In this document: positions 21,263-33,652 of the stretch, one piece after another
How the letters are laid out: each line of letters opens with the position of its first letter
How positions within the stretch are numbered: the stretch's first letter is position 1
NCBI GenBank assembly: GCA_013239625.1
Contig: MU053994.1
Coordinates: 1,553,775 to 1,617,774, forward strand
Direction of reading: 5' to 3'
DNA length: 64,000 nt
From: Lama guanicoe
Lineage: Eukaryota
Notes under the pieces: generated by a model
The model's database searches: none
The model's input: only the letters and a program-made list of their open reading frames with translations
Told to the model about the DNA's origin: nothing
Position numbers and translations under genes: made by a program

Positions 21263-24149
21263 GCTTTTTATTTAGCTCAGGCACTTCCGCAGCAACATAC
21301 ATGTATTCTGTACCTACTCTGAAGGATGCCAGCTCTTTAATGTGCACTCTATGCCAGGCACCCTGCTAGGAGATTGACGCTTACCAATTAGAATCCTCTC
21401 TACAACCATGTCAGGGAGATTTGGATGTGCAAATCTGGAATCAAAGAGTGATCTGGCCATGAGATCCGCATTTGGAAAGTGATCATCATGCCAAGGAGAT
21501 TGGAAGCCTTGGGAGTTGGTGAGGAGGCATACAGGACGGTCCCCTCCCCTCTAGGCTACCTCCTATGTCCTCTTACTTCTCTGCTCTTGAAAACTTCCAG
21601 AACCTTATTTCCTTCCAAGTCTTCTCAAGTGGAAATGACAGGGTGTGCTCAGGGCTTGCCCAGCCCTGCCTTTTCTGCCCTCGGGACTTCAAGTTCCTCA
21701 CACTCCCCAGCCCCATCCTTAGCCTTGGCCTTCAACCTAAGTACCCTTGTCTGGTGAGTCTTTCCAGTAATCACTGTGTCCCGTGACCTTTACAAAAAAA
21801 TGCCCCCTGAGCTGGGGATCAGCCCTGCAGAATAAGAAGGGGTGCCTGTTCCAGGACCACCCAGGGACTTGGGAAGCCTCCCCCTCCCCCTGCCTGGCTC
21901 TCAAAGACTCCCCATAAAACCCTCTGCCTGCTCCTGTCTCCGCCACAAGTCACAGAGATGCAATAAAAGTGTGTTGACTGTATGAGGTCATTTTTATCAT
22001 TTGGTGGCCCAATCAGCGTGTCTGTCACAAAGTCCATCTCTTCAATTTTAGCTTTCAGCATAGATGCAAACAAGCTGGCATTATTTTCCAGGTAAGTACT
22101 TCTCAAGGGAGAGTTCCTCCTAGAGATGTTGCTTGCCACGGAGCAAAAAGTGTGGGGAGAGAGGCCTATCTTTCTTGCCGGTGTAAAGTGGGGTGACAGT
22201 CCCCACATCACCCGCCTTACGACTAAGTTGATCTGAGGAATGAGGACAAGTCCTCAGCCCGACCGTGCTTTTGCCTTCCCAGGGAGACGGTGGGCTTATA
22301 CGCCGTCACCCCATCCTGACCTGAGTCTTCTTTTGTGAATGGACTAATCCCTGTTCCTCTCATTTTTCTCTTAGATACAACACTTTGCAGCAAAACATTC
22401 GATGTCTGCAGAGCTGGCCTTGGCTTACAGACCACACACCGTCCGCTGGACTTGTTGCCCCGTGGCCACGCCCACCACTCCCCTCTTCTAGGCAAGTGTT
22501 GCTAGTGGGGAATTTCCTCTCTCCTGTTGTGTCCTGTGGCTGGTGGGGGTGGGGCAATAATCAGAGGGCCTGCCCACTCCCTGTGGAAGCCAATGAGCAC
22601 CCACCTTCACTGTCCTAATCTATCAAAGGGCAGTCAGGCATCCTAATCTCCTGGGAGGACCTTGAATGGCGAGCAGGGTGACACAAAGCCAGAAGAGGAC
22701 TTTGAGTAGATTCATTTGCCCCAGGAGTGGTGCCTGTCCCTCTAGAGTGCCTGCTGCCTGCCCAGCTGGGTTCCTGACTAGATTTCCTGCCTTCCATCAC
22801 TGCTCTAAGCCCCCAGTAGCATCCCATAACATCCCCTTCTGCACAAGGTAACCAAGTCCCTTTCTGTCACTTGTGACCACAAGATTTTGAATGGATACAG
22901 GCAGTTCTGAAAGGGGCACTATGTTATCATTAATATCCAGCATCGCTGAAGAGGCAGGATTAATTAGTGTGAACCCTCTTACTTCACCTATCTTTGGGGC
23001 GGTCCACAGAGAATTTATCCCTGAGCCACTAATGAATTTTGCAACTGTCACAAAACAATGCAAATAAGTAAGACCCACATCTGCTGAACACCATCATGAG
23101 GTCAAACTGTGTGTAAATAAACGCTTGCATCAAGGAGAGGGTAAATCCTAAGGTGAGGAGTGACAGGGTTTTGTTTGCATAAACCCAGCAAGGTATTATG
23201 GGTAGGATATTAATTAAATCATGCTCCTGGGCCTCACGGAGGCCCAGCTGAACAGCTTCAGCTTGTTGACAAACCGAACGCAAGGTCCCCGGAGAGAGCA
23301 CTAACATTTTGATGAACAGGGTTTGTTGGGGGTGATGTTTCCTAACTAGCATTTTAATATCATTTTTGACGCTTTGTCTGAGCAACTGGAAAAGAACATT
23401 CAGATAAAAGAGAGGGGCAAATATCAGATGTCCAGAAGACGAAACTTCTATCTAATCTTGGTCTACTGGAATTGCTCCCTGGGAAGAATTTTTTGCTACC
23501 CTCCGTCTGCCCTAGGCCTCCCTGCACCCCTCCCCCCATCCTATCCCTCCTCCCCGGAGCACACACAGCTGGGAGAACATCTCTGAAGACTGTTGACGCT
23601 GCCCCAGGTTTAGATGAAATTTGAATACCTCTGATAAACTGCCTGAGACCTTCAGTCTGTCCTTTTGTTCTTCTTTCTCTTTTGAAGAAATTAACCTGAT
23701 GATAGGTACCGTACTGCCTTCACAGAAAGGGCTTTTATTTTCAGATTGAAATAAAAGAACCCATCTCAGCTGGACTGGAAGGTGGGTCATTGAAAGACTC
23801 TCCATGACCACCACATGTGCCCACTCTCTGAGAGATGCTGACCGTGTACGTTCCAGCTCCTTGTAATTGACTAATGACCCCGGTCCATCCATCCCAACCA
23901 TTCCCGTCTTCATTTGCACTACATGGCCTCTTTCAGCTCAAAATTTCATGCTTCGTTTGAGGATTATAAAGGCTCTTTTATGTGAGAATATGCAGACAAA
24001 TATGAACTAATTAATGATCCCATTCTCCCCCGGGAGTGTGCAAGAGTCCTCTGACCCACCAGCTTCCCTGGCATTCTTTGACTTAGGCTGGTGTCCAGTA
24101 TCATAGGGGCCCCTGCTTCTCCCCACCACTCCCCTCACCACCCCCAGCC

Positions 24150-24480
24150 AGCAACTCTCAACCCTATTTCCTCCAAAATACATTAAGAATCTGTCCACTT
24201 CACACCATCTCTGCTTCCGGACTGGTGGCTTGCCTTGACTGTAAAACCAGACCCCCACTTCTTCTCTTGTCTCCTCCAGTCTATTACCCAATTCTCTACC
24301 CCACAGGTAGAGGGCAATTTCTAAGACCTCAATCTAGAAAGTCACTTTGTGTTGAAAGGCCTGTAGTGAACCTCTCAATGTGAACCCCTCCCTTCTATCC
24401 CCACCCTCCCCAACGTTGATCGTTTGGCTTCTCCAGCACACTAAGATCTCTCCAGCCTCAAAACTTTTGTTCCCTCTGCC
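24150..24480 (+). mobile_element. L2 fragment
   Basis: 'ctatttcctccaaaatacattaagaatctgtccacttc' and 'caattctctaccccacagg'. Confidence 0.6.
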
Positions 24481-24489
24481 AATATTTGG

Positions 24490-25105
24490 ACCAGGAAGTG
24501 CCCAATTATGGCAGATCTCCTCCGTGAGCTTAAGTCTAAAGAATTATCCTAAGCCTCTGAATTTTAGGATGGTTTGTTATGCAGCATTATTATGGCAACA
24601 GATAATGGATACGGCATCCATTATCCTTTCTTCTAATGGGAGTCCATGGATTCTGTTTTGGAGATCGCTCCTCCCCCAGTCTTCTTCACTATGACTGGTG
24701 GGGATGAGGTCACCCCCAGCTCCAGACACGGCCAATCAGAGCATTCCATCCCTCTAGCCAGAGGGACTGGGTCAGACTTGGTATGTGACTCAAGCTAGGT
24801 CAATGAGATATAATCCTGGAAACTTCCCTAGAAATAATTAGAAAGAAAAAAAAAAGTTTCCAACAGAGTTTCTGAGCTCCTAAGTGAGAAGACTACAGCT
24901 ACCACCAGAAAGAAAGAGCCTCCCTGAAAATCAGAGGGAAACAGCTGAAGGGAAAGGCACCAGAATCTGGCGACATCAAGTGCCTGGACCCAGCGATCCC
25001 TGATTGTCTCACCCTGGACTTCCCAATTTCGTAAGCCTATGCATTCTTTGTTCTTAAGCCATTTGACATGGTTTTCAAGTCACTCACGAATTCTTAACTT
25101 CTGAC
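24490..25105 (+). mobile_element. two adjacent MaLR LTR pieces (MLT1 3' end to ~24612; MLT1K-like ~24615-25105)
   Basis: 'taagcctctgaattttaggatggtttgttatgcagcatt', 'gccaatcagagcattccatccc...tgtgactcaagctaggtcaatgaga' and 'cttaagccattt'. Confidence 0.7.
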
Positions 25106-25716
25106 TTGTATAAGTTCCCGCTGGCATCCAGTACAGACAGCCCTGACATCATGCCCCGGTTTTCAGTCATGAGTAACCTGACCAGGTCCTTGCCTGAACT
25201 TTCTCCTTCTTTCTCTAGTACTTCTCAGTCTGTGGCCTTATCTTTAGGGCCAGCCCTACTCCTTCCTCCTTTCTGGAAATCAAGTAACAGGTAACAGCTC
25301 CTTTCAGAAAATGGAAGTGCTCCCAACCACTTCATAGTTCTCCCGTGGGCAAGGGGAAGGCTGGCCAGGCAAAAGGCACGATCTAGACATGGCAGGAAAA
25401 AACAGGACAGATAATGTGTCCCACTGCTTTGGAAATCTGTTGGTTGCAAGGTCGCAAGAAAGAGGTCAAGTCCCGAGAAGCATCGCTGGATACGTTGTGC
25501 ATTGTATGGAACCACTGAATGTTCGATCTGTTTGCAGCAAACGTGACTATCTTTAGTTAAGCTTGGTGCCGGGTTTCTAGTAACCGCTGTTTTCCAGTGT
25601 GTCCCCTGACTCGTTAATCAAGCAAAGTTAATCTATTTTTATCACATGGAAAGTATGGTCCTGCATTTTAAGCAAGATAAATAAATGAATAAGTGATTTT
25701 TTAAAAAGAAAGAAAG

Positions 25717-25767
25717 TACATACATACATACATACATACATACATACATACATGCATACATACATAC
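25717..25767. repeat. (TACA)n tetranucleotide microsatellite
   Basis: About 12-13 units with one interruption; the sequence just downstream (~25780-25890) may be a mariner-type (MARNA-like) relic. Confidence 0.95.
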
Positions 25768-26111
25768 CGGCATTCAAGTGACTGTTTTTCTTTCAGAGAA
25801 GTCACCAGTGGAAGCTCTATACTCATTGTCATGACGCTGCCATTGCTCTCAGCATTTCTAGGACTCCTGCTTTGAAAGGCAACCCTCTTTAGGTTGTATA
25901 AACTCTTGAATGGGCTTATAAGGAATGATATTAGTTTGAGATTTTTTAAAAACCTTCCTTTTCATCCTCCCCTCTCTTAGTGTTTGAGGACCATTCATAC
26001 CTGATCTTTATAACAGAGTAATTGATGTTAGGAGGTGTCACTTAAGCCACCAGAGATCGCTTTGTGCCTTCCAGACAGAATTTGAGGTTAGCCCAGCTGG
26101 CAGTCTTCTGC

Positions 26112-26335
26112 TTGTGCCTTCGTCCATTTGGGCTGCTAGAATGCAATGCTATGGACAGGGTGAATTATGGACCACAGACATTAATTTCTCACAGTTCTTG
26201 GGGCTGGACATCCAAGATCAAGGCGATGGCGGATTCAGTGTCTGGTGAGGACCTGCTTCCTACTTCACAGATGATCGTCTTCTTGCTGTGTCCTCACTTG
26301 GTAGAAGGGGTGAGGGAGCTCTCTGGGGCTTCCCA
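26112..26335 (-). mobile_element. MaLR LTR fragment (MLT1A/B/C-like)
   Basis: 'tttctcacagttcttggggctggacatccaagatcaagg...gtgtctggtgaggacctgcttcc...tcttgctgtgtcctcac'. Confidence 0.85.
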
Positions 26336-27379
26336 AGACAACAAATGCTTCTCCCCTTCCTCAGGGCCGTAATAGCAGATGGGATGCTGGGAGAGACACT
26401 GACATTATAGGTCTAAAGATATGTAACCTGCTACACAAGTTTCCAGATAACTTATTGACCTTGTTACAGAGTCATAGTGTGATGGGTACCATCAAAGGAG
26501 GATACCCACACCATGGTGGGCAGAGGAGAAAGACCATGGCTGCGTGATTTTGTGTGCAGTGGGCTCTAGATGTAATTGATACATTGTACAACAAGAGAGT
26601 GCGGGGATAGAAGCCCAGACCTATGAAATGTCCTCATCTTATTGCCCAGCTAAGATGTATTTATAGTATTTTCTCCACACGCAGAGGGAATATTCTGTTC
26701 ACTTCATTCCATATGCTAAATTCTCTTCACCTGCAGGAAGCCCAGATATGTGGAGGCCCCTCCCTTGGATGAAATCTGCCGTGATTTTCTTTCCGGACAA
26801 CAAGTTCATCCTCACTGTGAGTTGTACTTTCACATTTATAAGGATGCGAATTTACCCATAAGCAACCCCATTTGCATAGCTTCATTCATGTTCTTTATCA
26901 TTATAATTGCTAATAACACTGTGGTTTAGAATTGGCAAGAAGCTTTAACATCCATGTAGTAGATGCGTATGGGTGTGTCTGTCCAGTCCCCATTCTCCAA
27001 AAATCGCCCACCTCATGCACAGAGTGCTTTCAACACGCTCGGCAGCCATGTTTTTTTCCTACATGACTCCAGTGTCCTGACCATAACTGCCTGGGACAGG
27101 GGCAGACATGCTCTAAACTGAGCCAGGTTCTCTCTCTTCGAAATATACAAAGACATTCAGAAACTGGAAGTTAGTTGTTGTTAAGTTGCACTAATGACAG
27201 AGTTCCGGTGGGAGGTTTTATGGTAGAGGAGGCCGTGAGTTCTGGTATCCACACCATTGCTGGGGAACCAACCTGGTGGCCCTCAATGGCTACCCAGAGT
27301 GATTGCGTGGATTCTCCTCTCCTATGATCCACACTGATGATAGATATGACCGTCAAGCCCATGGGTTGCCAAATGGCCT

Positions 27380-27514
27380 GTCAGAATTTGGGTTCCCCTA
27401 CCAGCAGATCCTGAGACAAGGATTTGAATGTAAGTGGTTTATTTGGGAAAGACAAATAAGAGAATGAGGAAGTATATTAGTTAGGGCTCTCTAGAAAGCT
27501 GAAGCAGCCAATAG

Positions 27515-27570
<56 letters not shown>

Positions 27571-28596
27571 CGCACGCGCGCAATGATCAGGGCGGGATTT
27601 AAAGAATTGGCTCACCCAATTTCCGCGGCTGGCAAGTCTGAAATCTGCAGGGCATGCTGGCAGGAGGCCCAGGAAAGAGCTGATGTTACAGCTTGAGTCT
27701 GAAGGCTGTACAGATGTAGAACTCCGTATTGCTCTGGGGGAGGTCAGCTTTTTTTTTTTCTCTCTTAAGGACTTTAACTGATTGGAGGCCTGCTCATACT
27801 CTGGAGGGTAATCTGCTTTACTCAAAGTCTACTGATTTAACTACTAATCACATCTAAAGTATACCTTTACACCAACACCTAGACTGGTGTTTGACCAAAA
27901 ACTGGGTACCATGACCTTGCCAAGTTGACACATAAAATTAACCATCAGTGGAAGTGAAACTAGGAAAGGAAGGCAGCCAGTAAAGGGTATGTTATCAAGC
28001 CAGTTATCACTATGTGCAAGAGGAGCATAATACCATTAGGGAACCCTGGAAGACAATGTAGAAATTACATCTTAGAGTTCGTCTATCTGAGGGGTGAGGG
28101 AGCTGGGGTATTTATCCACCAAGTCCCAACTGTCCTGATTGGTTCATGACTGCTCTGGGGAGTGAGGTAGTAGAAAGACAGAGAAACAGGGGAAGGAGGA
28201 AATGCCATAGTTAGAATGAATTCCTGAGGTCCGTAATGTAGGAAATTGGAGTCTGGATTCCACCAGGACCCCCAAGAAAAGTAGGATTCCTCTTAGAATT
28301 GTCTGCTGGGAACACGGGAGGCTGGGGTTTTATTCTCCATTAGTTGAGTTGAGCATTTGCCCTCAGTAGAGTTCTTTCTTCTACATCTCTGGGCTTTGCT
28401 TCCAGGCTGAGTGAGTTCCCAGGCCTATACAAAGGCCTTGAGGCAGAAAAAAAAAATGGAGAGAGGCATGCTGCATATTTGAGTTGAGACACGATTTCAG
28501 GATGTGAACTCAGACAGATTGACCCATCACTGCTGTGGCAGATGTCAGAAGTGCTCCGAGGAGGTGGGACTTGGAGCACCCAAAACATCTGCTATG
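27380..28596 (-). mobile_element. ERVL LTR (LTR33/LTR41-like) interrupted by an MLT2 LTR
   Basis: 'tttgggttcccc...cctgagacaaggatttgaatgtaagtggtttatttggga' resumes at 27950 as 'ggaagtgaaactaggaaaggaaggcagccagtaaagggtatgttatcaagccag'. Confidence 0.8.
27473..27949 (-). mobile_element. ERVL solo LTR (MLT2D-like) with 5-bp TSD
   Basis: 'tattagttagggctctctaga' ... 'caagttgacacataaaattaaccatca'; TSD ggaag at 27468-27472 and 27950-27954; (TG)n at the usual MLT2 position. Confidence 0.92.
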
Positions 28597-28624
28597 GTGT
28601 GGAAAGAGCCTAATCCTTGTAACC

Positions 28625-29200
28625 AACCACTCAGATGGCCAGCATGAGAAAGGCAAATCTCTCAAGTGTTGGTGAAGATGTAAGGAGAGGGAAGCTCTCA
28701 GGCACAGCTGGTGGCTGTGTAAACTGCAGTAGCTTTTATGAGAAGGAATCTGATTGGCTTAGTACAATGTAATTGGCATATGCACTGTGACCCCCTCCCC
28801 CAGGTGCAGAGCTCAGAGGAATTGTCCCATGTACAGGTTCAGAAGGACATCTTTATAAGGAGGCTCACTATTGAGCTGTTGTTGGGGACAACTTGGAGGA
28901 AAGTTGGACACAACCTGGGCGTTCATCCTTAGGGGAATGGCTAAGGAAAGGATGGCCATGATGAAGTACCACGCAGCAGTAAGAAGCAGCACTCAAAACC
29001 CATACATAGCAGCAGCAAGAGGTCTCCACGACGCATAACACGATACTGGTCATGTAAACTAAAAACCTGCTCATAAAAACACCTGGCCTATTTGACCCGG
29101 CTGCATGCATGCATAAAGGTGCCTATCAAGCATGGATCAGAGAAGGATGCCTGGAGGGGGAGGGGAATGAAAGTGAGGATTGGAGACGATGCCGGGAGAG
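28625..29200 (+). mobile_element. ancient L1M (L1ME/MC-like) ORF2 end and 3' UTR
   Basis: 'caagtgttggtgaagatgtaagg...ctggtggctgtgtaaactg' and 'caacctgggcgttcatccttaggggaatggctaa'. Confidence 0.7.
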
Positions 29201-29481
29201 AAGGAGGGACTGAGACACAAGCAGGGACTCCTGTGGTCCAGGGTTCATTATGTGCTATGAACCAAGGAGGAGGATTAACCAGCATCCTGTACCTGAAGGT
29301 CTAAATATATTTTTTAAGTAAATAAGGTGCCTGAAACACAGTAGGTGTTCAATAAATAATCACTAAGAATGTAGCTGCAGGGATAACTGAGCAATTTTCC
29401 ACAAAGTTGAAAGCCTCACATCTCCCCTAGAAACTAGAAGGCAAAAAAAGGAATGGCTTTCTCCACCCTGTGCCTCATGTC

Positions 29482-29940
29482 TGGGGGGTTAGTTATTGGG
29501 TCATTGGACCCCCAAGGGGGTTTGTCAATTTGGATGGGAAAAAAAATCATATGATTTTTTTCACTAACCTCTGATTGCAGTTCAGCAAGTGCCCAGTTAT
29601 ATTAATAGTATCTATGAGTTTATCACCAAGAGAAATCATAGATATTTTTCTATCACGTGATATAGTTGTTGCAGGTATCTTGAAATATGTTCAGCACTAC
29701 TTGGAAATTATGGTCGTTATTAGACCTGCCACTAGATCATATTTAATGCATTAATAAATGTGCATTTATCACCTCTCTGGGTTTTTAAAAATATTTTTAT
29801 AACTGCATTTCAATGTAATTGGTTTTCGTTTTGATTTGCTGTATTTTATTTTCTGTACTTAAAGCTGTTATTCTGAGAAAAGGTCTGTAGGCGTCACCAG
29901 ATGTCAAAGGGGCCCACAGCATAGCAAAGGGTAAGACTTT
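29482..29940. mobile_element. hAT-Charlie relic (MER113-like)
   Basis: End 'ttattctgagaaaaggtctgtaggcgtcaccagatgtcaaaggggcccacagc...gggtaaga'; AT-rich body. Confidence 0.75.
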
Positions 29941-30598
29941 GTCAATAGGCTTTATCATTGCCCCCTTAAGTCAGAAGATGCGTGAGAAAATTCACAATTA
30001 GGACTTTCTGTTGCCCCATCCTCACTTGGCAAGAATGAGTTAAACGGTGATTCCAGCACTGTGGTGTCATCCAGCTGGTTGCTGCCTCTCAGGCCTGCAG
30101 GGACAGGGAAGGAGAGAGCAAAGGGGAGGAGGGAGGAGGGAGGGAAAAGGGAAAAAGAAAGAGATGGGAAGATAATTTCTCTAGCTTCTTCCCATCACTG
30201 AATTGAACTTTACTTTTAATAAAATTATTATTAAATAGAAATGGCATGCTCATTATTTTGCACTTAGGTGATTTTCAGAGACATGGACCTAGTAATTATT
30301 TGCGCTGGGGCAGGCCGACAGGTTCTAGTTTTCCGAATGCACTTATACAGCATCTTTCGTTCTAGGCATAGCCTTTCCCCAGGCTACGGAGAGGTGTAGA
30401 CAGTCTCCATTGTCTTCTTCCCTCTGCCCGCCTGGAACCAACAGGTGCCCTTAATACGGCCCAGCGTTCTCGAAGTGGTCATAGAGAACCTCACTCTGCA
30501 TGGAGAAAGATCTCATGCCCGTAATTATAATATTTACATTGGAGGACACCCCAGAGAGAAGCACTCTCTTCTTTGTACAGAACACAGCTATTCAGACC

Positions 30599-31072
30599 TG
30601 GGCTAAGTTGAGGTTCTCCCTGAGGCAGACCCTGAGTACAGGATTCAAGCAGAACTAGCTTATTTGGGAAGTGCAGGAAACCTTGGTGGAGACAAGGGGC
30701 AGCAAGGCAAGGAGGGAAAGGCAGCCAGTAATGAGGACATTATTAATCCAGCCACTACAGTGAGTAACTGGATCTCAATATCCTGGAGTCACTCTGGGAA
30801 AGGCGTAGAACACACATCTCAGAGTTTTCCCACCCAAGAGGCAAGGGAGCCGGGGCATTTGTATGCCAACTCCCAGAAGTCAGTGGTTGAGAGCCGCTCC
30901 TGGGGGATGTTACTCTTCAGTTCTTCCAGCTTGTACAGACAACGTGTCTTTTTGCAGTTTGGAAAGAACTCTTAGGCACAGAGCTGCAGACACTGGCTCC
31001 TGGGGGGAAGGGGGCCCATGGAATTGTGCAGGTGGGTGGGGAGATGGTGGGGCACTGATGGTGCCTGCGGCA
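30599..31072 (-). mobile_element. ERVL solo LTR (LTR33-like)
   Basis: 'gcagaccctgagtacaggattcaag...tatttgggaag' and 'tagaacacacatctcagagttttcccaccc...gggagccggggcattt'. Confidence 0.8.
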
Positions 31073-31179
31073 GGCCCAGCACTTGCAAGCCGTCTGCTGC
31101 TCCTCAAGGTCACAGTCTCTCCGCCTCAGCTTCCCCATCTCTGCAAGAGGCAAGGGTTCTCCCACGGTTGCAAACTAGA

Positions 31180-31335
31180 GAGAGGCCTATGAACCAAATG
31201 AGGTTCTTGGGTGTGTTTTGTTTGGCCCACATGGCTTTTTAAATTTTCATAATTGAGCCAACTTAAAACGAGGAGGTTTCCCATGAAAACATGGCCTTTT
31301 ATTCTCTCCAGAAAAAATCTGTGTGGGGACACTAG
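31180..31335. mobile_element. hAT DNA transposon fragment
   Basis: 'gtgttttgtttggcccac...gaggtttcccatgaaaac' is similar to the element at 34405-34830. Confidence 0.55.
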
Positions 31336-32394
31336 ACCCCCAAATCAATGATCCACGATACCATAAAGCTCCGGGAATCTAGACTTTTCTCTTTTCTACC
31401 CAGAGGCAAATGGTTAAAGGGAAAACTTTTGCAGCTTGCTGGTAACTTCTCTCCTATCCCCTTTTCTGAAAGTGTTTTGGGTTTGTTTTGGTTTATTTGG
31501 TTTGTAAGGGAAAATGCAACTCCCTGCCTTTTTACGGAGTTGGAGGGGTGGGTGGGAATTGGGTTAAAACCCCAGGTAGCCTCAGCCTGCCCACCCTGCC
31601 GGGGGCTGAGAGCTGCGAGGTTTTAGCGCCAGCCGACAGGCCGGCTGCTTGAAGGGAAGGCCCTGCCATCTGTTCCCCAAGACGGCAAGGGAGCCATCTT
31701 CCTCCCTCCACACCTGCCCCGAACTCAGGCCCAGGGACATTTTATAACCCAAGAACAGCTCTGGTCTGAGCCAAACATAGGACCCCCAATACCTCCATTC
31801 TTTGCCATATTCTCCTTCAGCTCCTCGTGTATGAGATGAATCAGCTGCTTCCAGCTCAAAGCATCTCTCTTCGGCTGCTGGGTTCCATCCAACACCCAGA
31901 GGCCACCAACTGTGCCCATCAACAGAAGTGGAAGTCGAGGGCTCTCATCCCATCGCTGCTCTGCCCTGAGAGTCGGCAACTGATGACACGGGCTGGCCCC
32001 TGATTGCCGATCTAGATGGCGCTTTAAAACATCCCATCCCTGGTGATCCCCTCCAACGCAGCTGTGATTAGTCTAGTCTCCGAGGCCTTGGAGAAAAACC
32101 TCAGTGATGGAATAATAATGGGGAAGCCGATCTAACAGCGTGGAAAGTCTGAATCCGGGGGTCTTTTTGAAAACGCGATGTTTTCTTCGTTCCATGTGAA
32201 TGCAATAAGGACTAACTGGATGGTCAAGAAGCAGCTATGACTTAATGAATGGATACGAATCATCGCCGAGGTCACTTTTTTTTTTTTAAGAACAGAAATG
32301 GGTACTATTAAAATGATTTTTGCATCCTTAGAAGCAATTTGAATTCTTGACTGAGCTGGGAGTTGCCTTTCCAAATGCAACTGAGAACGCATGT

Positions 32395-32590
32395 TTCAGG
32401 CTCTAGCTGTGTGACCTTAGGCAAGTCTTAACCTCTCTGTGCCTCAAGAGCATCACCTATAAAATGGAGAAACTAAGACCTTCCTCACAGGGTTGCTTTG
32501 AAGATTAAATGAGACATCCGTATAAAGCACTCCAGTCCCTCATTCAGAGTCAGAACTCAGTAAGTGTTATACATTATTGTTGTATTATTA
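32395..32590 (+). mobile_element. MIR
   Basis: 'ctagctgtgtgaccttaggcaagtcttaacctctctgtgcctca...aaaatggaga'. Confidence 0.9.
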
Positions 32591-33090
32591 TGAATGATTT
32601 TTCTCCCCAAGGACAGTGCCAAGATTAATGTCCATTCTGGTTCTGCATGATGAAGAAATAAATCCAAATTTCAGAATAGTGGGGTCTGAGTGGATGAGCT
32701 CTTACCAGCATCTTTCTCCTCACCCCCACCCCCACGGGCCCCAAGAATTTGTGTATTCAGCTGGCCTCTCTGCTCATTCACAGGTGGAGGTGAAACATCA
32801 GAATCCAATTTTTTGTCACCTTGTGAAATTATGAGCCTCCCTTCCAGTTGCGTTGGTAGCATCAATGCACAGCGGACACGTGGGGTGATGGCTGTTGCTG
32901 GGTTACTCCTTGTAAGTTCAAACAGTTCCACATGCTGAATGACAACATATTTGCCGTGACCTGGGTAAATTCAACCCATGCTTCCTGCCTAGGCAGACTT
33001 CGATGTGATGTGGTACATCTGCTTCTGATGAACGGCATGCCTCACTCAGTAAAGCAGGAAATAAAAACGTAGTGCTACCTCGCCAGTCGG

Positions 33091-33215
33091 CTTCTCTCCC
33101 TCCCTCGCTGCTTCCATCCTCCTTTCCTTCCTTCCTCCTCCCCTCCCTCCCTCCCTCCTTCCTTCTCTCTCTCCCCTCTTTTCTTCTTTCCTATCTATCT
33201 TTCTTTCTTTATTTT
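33091..33215. repeat. polypyrimidine low-complexity tract
   Basis: Uninterrupted C/T from 33117 to 33192 (76 bp). Confidence 0.95.
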
Positions 33216-33652
33216 CACTGTCATTTTTTTCTTTCCGAAGAAGAGAAACACCAGTGCCAAACTGCTCTGTGTTCCTGGCTTCAGACCCTGTGCTCCGTGT
33301 GTACTCAGTCTGAGTCCTGCGTCCAAACATAAGACAGAAATGTGATCAGGGCCCGGTAGAGGAAGGGATTTGACAGGCCATCTGCATCCCAAATCTCCAA
33401 GATGCAAAGGTAAAGTCAGGCTCTTTTCTTAAAGGTTAAATTGCACATTTTAATTGCCTCACGTGGAGGCCACTCTGAGCCGGGGCTCCCACAGTCCGCT
33501 TGGCAGCCATCCCAGCTCTCTGAGGTTTCCCTCGGAGCGCCTCCCTCCCCTGTCCAGCTCCATGAGAAATGGGGCAACCACCACCACAAATACCAAGGAG
33601 TTGAACAATAAATGAGTCTGCAGCGCGAGGCGGATCGCATTTTAGCTCCTCA

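Noticed and set aside
32009..32025. CTCF-like tagatggcgct
   Set aside because: The 3' half matches, but the conserved 5' CC is missing (gatc).
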